A DNA stretch of 64,000 nucleotides from Antedon mediterranea (Eukaryota; Animalia; Echinodermata): assembly GCF_964355755.1 (NCBI RefSeq), contig NC_092675.1, forward strand, positions 22,292,912 to 22,356,911, read 5' to 3'. This document shows positions 1-9,711 of this stretch, piece after piece; position 1 is the first letter of the stretch, and every line of letters begins with the position of its first letter. The translations under genes and the position numbers were made by a program. Under the pieces are notes generated by a model, which was given only the letters and a program-made list of their open reading frames with translations, was not told the DNA's origin and did not search any database.

Positions 1-476
1 TAATTTTGTGACAGTATTATTATTCTTTGCTTCATACAATGTCATACACATTTGTTTGTTTGACCTCTCTCTCTCAATGGAATGAACCTCTCAATGGAAT
101 GAACTTCATTAATTAATATTTAACACGATAGTAATGCATGCTTTAATAAAATAAATTTACAATAGACTTGGCCTCAGATGGTAGTGTACTTAGTATTTCT
201 CATACAAAGGGGCTTACCATACCAAATTTGATATCGATGATGACCCCATTTAAGTGAATACTTTTTGTTTATTTAATATCTGAATTTAAATACTGTTCAG
301 AAAGGTCAAGAGGTACTTATAAATCTAAAGTCCAATTTTATTCTTAAAGGTCAGCCAGAAACATGCATGTCAAAATTATTTTGTAAATTATATAAACAAA
401 TTTAATTATTATTTAAGCAAAAAATTCAAATTGCACTGAAAAAATGTCTTAATAGTAAAATGTCGATTTTGTTTAA

Positions 477-1023
477 AGATGTATTGTCCCTTTGACTAAT
501 TAAAAAAAAAATTTTTTTTTTATATTTCGATAAAAAAGTGTGTCATTTTGAAGTGTCATAATAGTTATTAACTTTCACCAAAAATTAATTGAAAAAAAAA
601 TAATTTAACCGAAATACGGACGTTTTTTTGTTAAAAAAATAACTTTGACTTCCAGTAAAAGTTTTCGATCAAAACATATCTCATAATGCAACATGCTTGT
701 TTGGCTACTCTGTATGCATAATCATAAAACTTACTCGCGATCTGTGTGAAAACACCTTCTCAACCGCGACGAGTTGTAAACCATCCTAGTAAGCATCATG
801 CATAATGCATACTCGTGGTTTGAAATTTTTGTTTACTTTCGCTTGTGACGATTTTCTAGACGAAATGTAATCAAATCAATTTACCTGTTAATTACGTAAA
901 CTTGTTGTTTTTGCCTCAAATTTTCGACTTAAAGTGAATAACTTTAATATTACTTTGATATGGTCAATTTAAATTTAGAATATTTTTTTTTTCATTTTTT
1001 GTGTTTCAAGGGACAATACATCT
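477..1023. mobile_element. Non-autonomous DNA transposon (MITE), Kolobok-like
   Basis: Perfect inverted ends TTAA|AGATGTATTGTCCCTT (473-492) and AAGGGACAATACATCT|TTAA (1008-1027). A TTAA target duplication with AG...CT termini fits the Kolobok superfamily; piggyBac would start with CC. Confidence 0.75.
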
Positions 1024-1683
1024 TTAATATCAGTAGTTAGTTATATTACTTAATTAAGTATTATTATTATTAACTTAAATTAATTTCCAGTAAGTACCGT
1101 AATTTTTTTTTAAATGATTGTGATGACTTTACAGAAACTGAAAATATGGTGCAAGAAATGTTTGTATTGTACAAAAGTAAATTCATGACTTCGATTAAAA
1201 CCTAGAAATAAAATTTAAGTTGTTCATAATATTACAGTGTGTGAGTGTGTAATTATTTCCCACCAGTACCATACAGTAACATTGTTGGGATCTTTAGATG
1301 CCTCCTTATGACATTTGTGTACAAAAAATAGATTTATTACTGCATAATAGACTTGCTCCAAGTCTGTATTTATTGTCTTTTTTATGTCATTCCACACGTC
1401 ATCGTTTTGATTTTTGTTTGAAAATACAACTCAAGTATTACACGTATGAAACGCCATATGTGCAAAAATATTTATATTTTTACTAATATTAAGACAAAAC
1501 TCCGTCTGGAGCCCAGACTACTGCATCTATTAATATTTTATTGGATCTACTGTATGGTGCATTGTAAAAGTTTTTTATAAATTAGCTAAGATTGAATATA
1601 ATGTGAGTCTCTTAGTCTATACATTTAATAACTTAGCGTTAATGATGTTCAAAGTCTATCAAGTCAAGTATTTTGTTTTGCAG

Positions 1684-1775
1684 GCACAAGCCATGGATTG
1701 GAAGAAAGCAAAGTCAATTTATGAATTTTCATTAAATGATATAGATGGCAAAGAAGTTAGTTTAGAGAAATACAG
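1684..1775 (+). CDS. GPX4: Phospholipid hydroperoxide glutathione peroxidase (GPX4-type selenoprotein), first identifiable coding exon
   Basis: tttgcag acceptor at 1683; AQAMDWKKAKSIYEFSLNDIDGKEVSLEKYR; AG|gtatag donor, phase 2. Matches the GPX4 N-terminal motif. In-frame ATG at 1693; the upstream first exon was not confidently located. Confidence 0.9.
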
Positions 1776-2522
1776 GTATAGTACACTAACTCATGTTTAA
1801 TATCGGAACTCTAGGCATTGTAATGGGAATTGCTGGACGATAACAATTTGCAGTAAACCCTGCTTACAAATAAAATAACAAAATAAAAATCGGCTTTCAC
1901 GCAGCTCATTCCCCAAGCCTCTGTCCACAATTTTCTAGACACTACTCATATTTGACATCAAGATTAATTCCAAAATACATTATAATGTATTCATTAAATT
2001 ATGGTTTAATACTGTTCTACGATACTCATACTAAAATGTATATTCATTCTTAAATTGTATATACATTGTAACACAATACTAATTTAAATTTAAATGTTCA
2101 ACATTGTAAAATGATATGTTAACATAGTGAACATTGCTCCACAATAAACATGTCAATTGGTAAACATAGTGCTTAGATCTAGACACAAAGGAATAAAATA
2201 TCAACACTGCAGCTCTTGTTGCCATAGCAAGTTTGCATTTTCTGGAACTTTTGGCTTACGAGCTATAGAGCTTCATTGACTCTTTAGAAGCCCCAGATGC
2301 TGTTTGTCTAACAAATAAATGAAATTAAATATGTTTATTAATATAAGTAAAGGTTGGGTTAATTAACAAGCACATGTTTTCCATTTGATCTGTAAATTAT
2401 TAACAATAACATATTCTGTTTGAACTAAAAATCCAAACAAACAGACTTGCAGTATACTGAGTGGCGATCCTATGAAACTATTAAATTAACTAAAAATATT
2501 TTGTTTGTTTGATTATTTGCAG

Positions 2523-2670
2523 GGGTCATGTTTGCTTAATAGTAAACGTTGCCTCTCAGTGAGGGTTCACCGTTAAGAACTACACTCAGCTACAAGAATT
2601 GCACGCTAAGTATGCTGAGTCAGAAGGTCTTAGAATCCTAGCATTCCCTTGCAACCAATTTGGCAAGCAG
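2523..2670 (+). CDS. GPX4: GPX4 exon containing the catalytic selenocysteine (TGA 2560-2562)
   Basis: [13 protein letters not shown](TGA)[36 protein letters not shown]. The NVASxUG and LAFPCNQFG GPx signatures are present; tttgcag and gtaatt splice sites; phases are consistent. Confidence 0.96.
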
Positions 2671-2992
2671 GTAATTGATAAAGTAAAATTAAAGATATAT
2701 TTGTTTGCACTAGTCTTTGTAAAAATTTAAACCATGGGTAAATTTCAGTTGTTGTAGTTACCAAAGTTTTACAGGGCAGGTAATAGTCTGTAAAAATAAT
2801 AACCATTGGCCTTGATTAATTTAAGGGAATTGTAGCAAAGGATTTTTTCTACAGGCAATGTTCATTCATTCAAACAACAGACTTGACCTGGTCCAGATTT
2901 CTGGGTGCCCAGCTTTTCCTCAAATGTACACTCATGAGTCTATTGTATGGTATTGTTAGTCCATTTTTTTATTAATTGTTTTATAATTTTAG

Positions 2993-3141
2993 GAACCGGG
3001 AACAAATGCTGAAATTAAGGAATTCGCTACAAGTAAATTTGGTGCCGAATTTGATTTATTTGCAAAGATTGAAGTGAATGGAGATAAAGCTGACCCGCTT
3101 TATAAATATCTTAAAAGCAAGCAAGGTGGAACGCTAGGAAG
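2993..3141 (+). CDS. GPX4: GPX4 coding exon
   Basis: EPGTNAEIKEFATSKFGAEFDLFAKIEVNGDKADPLYKYLKSKQGGTLG; ttttag and gtttgt sites, phase 0 to 2. Confidence 0.95.
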
Positions 3142-3481
3142 GTTTGTAGTAAACAGTCTCTTCATTAGCATGGAAATAAAGTTAATATTATTATTTATTA
3201 TCCTGCCATTATCTTATTATTTATAGCAATACCAAAAATAATGGAATCTTTCATTGAATTTCATACTAAAAGTACTTAATTTCTCAACAATTAAACAAAA
3301 TTACTCGATTTGTTCAAAGATGATGTTCTTCTATGCAATTATACACCGTGAAATGTAATTAATTTAACCTTGATAGTACTTCACTCCTTTTAAAAAGAGG
3401 TCATTCCTATTATAGAATTACGATGTGAATAATCTTCTGAAAAACATTATTTAGACTAAAAAAACTTTTTTTTCATTTCAG

Positions 3482-3506
3482 TTCAATAAAATGGAATTTC
3501 ACTAAG
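3482..3506 (+). CDS. GPX4: GPX4 25-nt micro-exon
   Basis: (S)SIKWNFTK, containing the catalytic Trp/Asn motif WNF; tttcag and gtaagc sites. Confidence 0.95.
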
Positions 3507-3745
3507 GTAAGCTGATTTTAGTTTTTATTTAATGTTGGAATTGCAATGTCTAAATATGCTTAACCTTCTAACTCCAGACCAACTTGAGTTTTCGCATCAC
3601 CAAAAAAACATTACAATTAGTCTTCACCAACAAGACAAACAAAATCTTATAATATAGCTCATATTGATGAGCTGCAACATGACATGGCTTTTTCTACCTG
3701 ATGAAGTAGTCTTGACTAACATTTTTGGTACGTTTTTTCTTGCAG

Positions 3746-3805
3746 TTCCTTATAAATAAAGAAGGTATTCCAGTAAAACGATATGGACCACAGACTTCTC
3801 CACAA
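3746..3805 (+). CDS. GPX4: GPX4 coding exon
   Basis: FLINKEGIPVKRYGPQTSPQ; ttgcag and gtaagt sites, 60 nt, phase 0. Confidence 0.95.
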
Positions 3806-4221
3806 GTAAGTACATAACATTGCAGTTGAAATATTTATAAGTGACAGATTGACAAAGAGTAGTCTGATGCACAAAGGGAACAAAGACAATCTTGTGCTGG
3901 AGGTACAGGATGCATTCAAACAATTTTGGATAAAGCTATCATTAATTGTGAATTATCTAGAAGCAAGCATAAAAATATCTCATAGAATTTTGTTTGTGAA
4001 AAAGGTTACTGGCCGGGGTTGTCTGAATATCAATTTTTAGTTGAATTTGGCCACACAACTCTCTTAGTCCAAAATTAAAATTAAATTTCTTTTTTTTCTT
4101 ATTTTGCCATATCTTGTTTCTTGTTTAAATTGTCAGTTTGTGATCAAAATGATTATATCTAGTCATTTTAAAGAAATATACAGTATCTATAAAAAAAAAA
4201 TTTTTTTTAATTTTTTTTCAG

Positions 4222-4254
4222 AGCTGTGCGAAAGACTTCAGTAAATACTGGTGA
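4222..4254 (+). CDS. GPX4: GPX4 last coding exon
   Basis: ttttcag acceptor; SCAKDFSKYW then TGA (4252-4254) immediately followed by TAG (4255-4257). The length matches the short GPX4 terminal exon. Confidence 0.85.
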   Translation, partial: SCAKDFSKYW

Positions 4255-4321
4255 TAGTGTTAGCGGTTTTAAAGAAAGGTTATCGGCATACAGGTTGTGT
4301 GTCCATGTGATATGTAATCTT

Positions 4322-4391
4322 ACAACACTTTATGACGGTCGACTCCTAAACCGCACTAGCGGTGGTGTTGACCTGACAATTGCGTGCTTGT
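4322..4391 (+). promoter_or_regulatory. SECIS element (eukaryotic type II) in the GPX4 3'UTR
   Basis: 5' core ATGAC (4332-4336); helix II GGTCGACTCC/GGTGTTGACC; apical AAA (4348-4350); mini-stem CCGC-acta-GCGG; 3' core TGAC (4374-4377); helix I ACAACAC/GTGCTTGT. Confidence 0.93.
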
Positions 4392-4616
4392 GTTTGTATG
4401 GTTGCTCTTACAAGGTCACATGACCTTATACGTTGATAACTGCTTCGTATCTGCTTTTAAGTTTTAATTAAATGTTTTCTTCCATATCATGTTTAATCAA
4501 CTCATTTTAATTTTTATAGAGATATTTAGGGTAGGCTATGAAATAGTGAAATTGTATTTGAAATAATTTCATTTTCCGTCCAATCTAACAGTTGTTGGTG
4601 GCAATACAAACTGTGA

Positions 4617-4674
4617 AATAAATGTATGTAAATTCATTTGCTGTTGACAAACACTGCTAACTTTTAGAAATAAA
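4617..4674 (+). terminator. Candidate polyadenylation signals of GPX4
   Basis: AATAAA at 4617-4622 and 4669-4674, downstream of the SECIS. Confidence 0.5.
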
Positions 4675-5181
4675 ACAAGTTGATTCTAAGGCAGAATGTT
4701 TAGGAAACTTCTAGTTTAAGTTTTTGGAATTCAGAACAATGGATGATTTTCTGAACTCGCCACATTGTTTTGGTTGTGTTTGAACTGTTATTGTATAGTA
4801 CATTTACACAGTGATAATGATTGTAAAATTAATTACCAGTATTACTATTATTAATTCATTTGCTATCAACATTTTATTATTTAGATATTTAGAAATATAA
4901 ATAATACCAAAAATACCTTTTTCAATGTGCAATTTCTTACTAACAGTGAATGTATTTAATCAAAACGTTATTTAAATTGAAGCATAGAACAACAACACAG
5001 GTGAAATAACATATTCAAAATACTTTTTTTGCAAACAAAATTATAATTTTACCAGAAATTAATCTTCCAAAACTGCACTACATATTTCATGTTTCATGCT
5101 TCTTGTTTTCAATACTGTAGGTTAATTAGATAAGTGACTGATTTTAATAAGTGATTACTGTATACAGTACAGCAGTATCAT

Positions 5182-5406
5182 TTGTCGTATTCGATTTAGA
5201 CTTTCACCGTTGAGTACAGTTTTTCCGTTGAGTACTTCTTTAACGGAGTATTTTGAGCGTTGAGATTGTTCTTAACGAAAAAGCTTTCGTTGTCAACGTT
5301 TTCTATTCGAATGACTTTCTGTTGAGCACAAATTTACAATTCGAATACAAAAAGTACTCAACGAATCTTTACGTTGACAACGAAAGTTCCCAATCGAATA
5401 CGACAA
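5182..5406. mobile_element. Short palindromic MITE
   Basis: 15-bp perfect inverted ends TTGTCGTATTCGATT (5182-5196) and AATCGAATACGACAA (5392-5406), with internal CGTTGAG/CTCAACG sub-repeats. Confidence 0.65.
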
Positions 5407-5976
5407 TTGATTTGAAAAATACTGGTTTTCAATAAAGTGTAATTAGATTCACATCAAATTGTATTTGTTTTATTTTTAATATTTGTTTGACACTAACCAT
5501 GGAGCATATTTCTTCATGTTATAACCCACCATAAGAAAATAATTATTCTGATATATACTGTATAATTAATTTATATTTATAATTTATATTTATTTAAATT
5601 TTGCATTGCATCGAGCACTTTAGTAATCAAGTTTACACCATACTTTAAAAAAGTTCGAATTCCTGACGTATGGGGCGCTATACAATTTTTTATTTTTACT
5701 AAAACGATTTTACTTTCTTTTGTAATGATGAGGGCGTTGTTCATAAAATCATTTTTTAAAAGCGTTCCATATTCGATCGTCACAAACGGCGCGCATGGCA
5801 ACAAACAATTCCAATTCCAAAACTGGCTAGGCCTAGGCCTAGAACTTTTCAAATGCTACGTTAACAAATATTAGGCTAGTTTAAGGTATTTATGATTTAC
5901 ACTTCGCTTTCAACTATCTTCGATCCTAACACTGATTAATATTTTTTTTTTTAGTTTCTAATTGTGTTATTTTATT

Positions 5977-6540
5977 TAGGCTAGGGCTAGGGGAGGCTAG
6001 GCTAGGCCTACCGTAGGCCTAGGCCTAACCCCTAACCCTAGGCCTAGCTAGGCAAGGCCTAGCTATGCATAGCCCTACTAGGCTAGGGCCTAGCCTAGGC
6101 TATATTTTATTTTTTGTTTTGAGGAGCCTATTCACCATTCTTTTAGGCTCCTCCACTTTATATTTATATATTTGTAAAGTGAAATAAATGAAATGAAATA
6201 TAGGCCTAGGTTAGGCTAGGCCTATTATTAGTACTCATTAGCCTAGCCTAATTTAATTAAACCCTAATTAGGCCTAGGCTAGCTAGGCCCTGGCCTTAGT
6301 TAGCTAGGCCTAGCCTAGCTAGGGTTTAGGCCTAATCAATAAATCAATCAATGGCTAGGCCTACTAGCCTACTACTACTAGGCCTAGGCCCTACTAACTA
6401 GGGCCTAGGCCTACCTAGCTAGAGTAGGCCTAGGTTATATAGGCCTACTAAACTAAGAAGGTAGATAGGCCTAGGTAGGAGGCCTACTATTAGTAGGCTA
6501 GGTGTGGGACTAGCTACTACTAGACTTCTTAGGGCCTAAC
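5977..6540. repeat. TAGGCC/CCTAGG low-complexity tract
   Basis: Dense irregular repetition of ctagg/taggccta words just upstream of the NXNL2-like coding exon. Confidence 0.85.
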
Positions 6541-6873
6541 ACTACAGCGCCCTCTATGCTGTGTCAGCAGAGTTTTCTCATTTGCAATAATATTAATAAG
6601 GTTTATCGCAAATAGCTTGCATGATGGAAAGGGTTTGGGAGCAAACGTCACGACTCGTACACACAAACACCAAATTATGTACGTACGCATAAACCTTATG
6701 TCCAAGTTGGCCAAGTATTTCCTTGTGCTGCACTTATTGGCACTTGATTCGGTCCCAATAGGACTACCTCGTTGCGTTGGGGTCGCTAAGCCTAGATGGC
6801 TAATTGCAAATTTAAAAAAAAATTTTTGATATTTAATTTTTTTTCTCTTATCATATTAGGCCTTATATAAATC

Positions 6874-7169
6874 ATGGCATCATTATTCAAAGGAAAGAGA
6901 CTTCTACGAACCAATGGCGAGGCCATTTTGGATACAGATGCCATATTGGATGGTAAGGTGATAGGCGTATACTTCTCAGCCAGTTGGTGTCCACCATGTC
7001 GTCAATTTACACCCGTCCTTGCTAATTTATATCAAGAAATAAAAGACAAGAAATATCCATTTGAAGTAGTGTTTGTGTCAGTTAACGAAGATTCTGAACA
7101 ATTGAAGCAATATCTTATTGAAGATCATGGTGATTGGCTGCACTTGCCATTTACAAGTCCTTTCACAAA
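6874..7169 (+). CDS. NXNL2: Nucleoredoxin-like protein (NXNL2-like thioredoxin fold), coding exon 1
   Basis: MASLFKGKRLL...VIGVYFSASWCPPCRQFTPVL...PFEVVFVS...HGDWLHLPF; donor aa|gtattt at 7170, phase 2. A splice acceptor (ttag, 6859) precedes the ATG, implying an upstream non-coding exon. Confidence 0.88.
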
Positions 7170-7714
7170 GTATTTACTGTTTTTGTCTTTACTTTTCTTA
7201 GTACAGTATGCAAGACCGAAACCATTAAAAAAGGCAGCACTGCTCCAATTTTGGACATGGAGTAGAACAAGTCCTCTACGAAAACCTCTTGTCACGCGTT
7301 GGGTGGGTGCTCACTCACTGAGAGTGTAATAAAAATGAAATTGCATTTTGCATAACGACACTCCACTCTCTCAAGAGTGTTGTATAACATTGAGATTGCT
7401 ACTAACACTTTATATCATCTGACCACCAAATTAACATAAAAGCTATCTGCTACTTAACTCAATTGATACTATAGCACACCATTTTTAAAAGAAAGTAGCA
7501 GAACATAATATGAATGGTATATAAGATTTTATTCCAATATTGCATTATTTATTTAAATAACTTATAACAATACACCATCCTTTTCAAACTGTAATACTGA
7601 ACTTAACAACAAAAGAATTTGGATTTTGGTTTTAAAGTGTGCAGTTTTGGAAGATTTAAGTGGTCATAATTATTTAAATAGTTTTAATAACATTTAATTG
7701 TTTATTGTTTACAG

Positions 7715-7910
7715 TGAACTAACAGAATTGTTTCATATACAAGCTATTCCAAAACTGATCATCTTGAAACCTTCTGGAGAAGTGATCACAACCCTTGGAC
7801 GAAAAATGATACAGGAGAAAGGAAGTGTTTGCATTCGTAGTTGGCTAGAAGCTGCTGAGACTACTACAACCAGATATGAAGATAAAAAGAAAGATGCTAT
7901 GGTTGAATGA
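7715..7910 (+). CDS. NXNL2: Nucleoredoxin-like protein, coding exon 2
   Basis: ttacag acceptor; (N)ELTELFHIQAIPKLIILKPSGEVITTLGRKMIQEKGSVCIRSWLEAA...MVE*. Closely resembles the vertebrate NXNL2 C-terminal half; the phase is consistent. Confidence 0.88.
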
Positions 7911-8091
7911 ATGGATCTTTTTCATGAGAAAAGTAATTCAGAAGAAAGGAAGTGTTTGCATTCGTAGTTGGCTAGAAGCTGCTGGAACTACTAGTATAAC
8001 CAGATATGAAGTAAAAAAGAAAGATGCTGTGGTGGTTGAATGAATGGATCTTTTTCACGAGAAAAGTAATTCAGAAGAAAGGAAGTGTTTG
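7817..8091 (+). repeat. Tandem duplication (~130 bp) of the NXNL2-like C-terminal coding sequence and stop
   Basis: GAAAGGAAGTGTTTG recurs at 7817, 7944 and 8077; copy 2 repeats the coding end with small indels. Confidence 0.9.
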
Positions 8092-9711
8092 AAAGTCCCA
8101 AAAGGAAAAATTGGGACCTTATTTCGCTTATGAGACTTCAAAATAATTCCATCAAAGAGGTTTGTTCTATTGACTGCATGTACTGAAAATTATTCAGTGG
8201 TTATTGACAACATTTATAGTAAACTTGGTCAGAGATTTGTGGTAGCGGTAGGTGATGATCAACTGGTTAATTCATTAAGATGCACACTATGATGCTCCAC
8301 GCCAACTATGAAGAAAAGAGGTGTGTGAAGCAGCAACTGCAATTAGTTGAAGCCTTTAGTAAGATAAAATAGTATGTAGTTAATTCAGACTGGGCACAAA
8401 AAAAGTATGCAAAAAGTCCAAATCCACCATAAAACAATTGAAAACAAACTAGTTCTCCAGCCAGTTGGTTTAGAGAGAACAATAGTTACTCACTTTAAAC
8501 ACTGGGGTAGAGTAAAGGTGTCTGGCTTGGCCAAATGCATATTACTACCCCGGTGTACTAGTCCACACAAACACAGCCACTGTCACACACAGCCACTGTG
8601 CAAATTGGTACTGGACCGTTTTAGAGGTGTTTACCACCTGTTGGTCCAGATCCTTCACTAACTGAGTTAGTGAGAAGTCGAATAAATAAAAAATAAATAC
8701 TATAAATTACCCTTAACTAAATTTATTTATTTTTAGTTTTGCCTTAGCAGATAATTTTTTGTAGCCTGACCCAAACAAGTGAAATTGCAAAATTCTGGTA
8801 AATTAACTGAAACTACAGTTAGTTTAAAAGACAGTTGACATTTTATTTCAAGCAACATTATAAATTGATGTAAAGCGCTGATTATGATATAATGATAGAA
8901 ATTAATTAATATATGTTTGGTTTTTTTTACTTGCCACTTCAGTCTTTAATAAACTGTTTGTTCACTGTTGTAACAAATCGTTTACAGGAAGGAATGAATC
9001 TTTAGATAACCACTTCTTTCACTATTAAGTGTAACTTTGTATATAAATTTGGTTGACCAAATAGTTTTCTCATAATATTCAAAGCAATCAATTTAACCAT
9101 GAAATTCTAACAATGTGCTGTTTTCAATACAAGCGCAGACTTATTTTGATAAACTTGCGAAGTTCACTCTACTGTAACTATCAATAATACCAACGCCATC
9201 TTGAATTATATTGAATAGAGCTAGATTTAGTCAAAAGTTATTGGATGAGAAGTTTCCAAGTTACTTCTAACAACAAGACAAGGGTTCGTTAAGGTGGCTA
9301 CGCCTGTATCATTTGTTGATGGTTGCACTCCCTTTGTCTGTCTGTGACAATAACAATACTCTTTTTATTCTGATGACGATTGTATGGGTAATTCGCGCTT
9401 GTGCAAATTCAAAACTGTGTTGTCTATCTATCACCAAGAAATGGTGATGTTAGGGATTCTGGGCCTCTGCCAGTCTGTAGTGCTGTCTCTCTTTCATCAG
9501 CATGACATGGTGTTCCATGTATTGCTGTAGCCTTTTCTGCTTTTTGGTTGCTTTTCCAGAATGTACACTTTGCTACTGGCAGATCCAGCATAAATCTGAT
9601 GGTATGTAATTTTTTGAGCGATAAATTGTTTCCAGGTTTTTGGAAAGTTAGTATAAATAAATTGTTATTATTAAATAATTAATTTTTCCTGCTTTATCTA
9701 AATTATTAATC

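Noticed and set aside
1603-1800. ORF-track protein as a standalone gene
   Set aside because: Only 1684-1775 is exonic (GPX4); the flanks are intron read-through.
4226-4423. 65-aa ORF after GPX4
   Set aside because: It is an off-frame reading of the last exon and 3'UTR; the higher GC content is explained by the SECIS.
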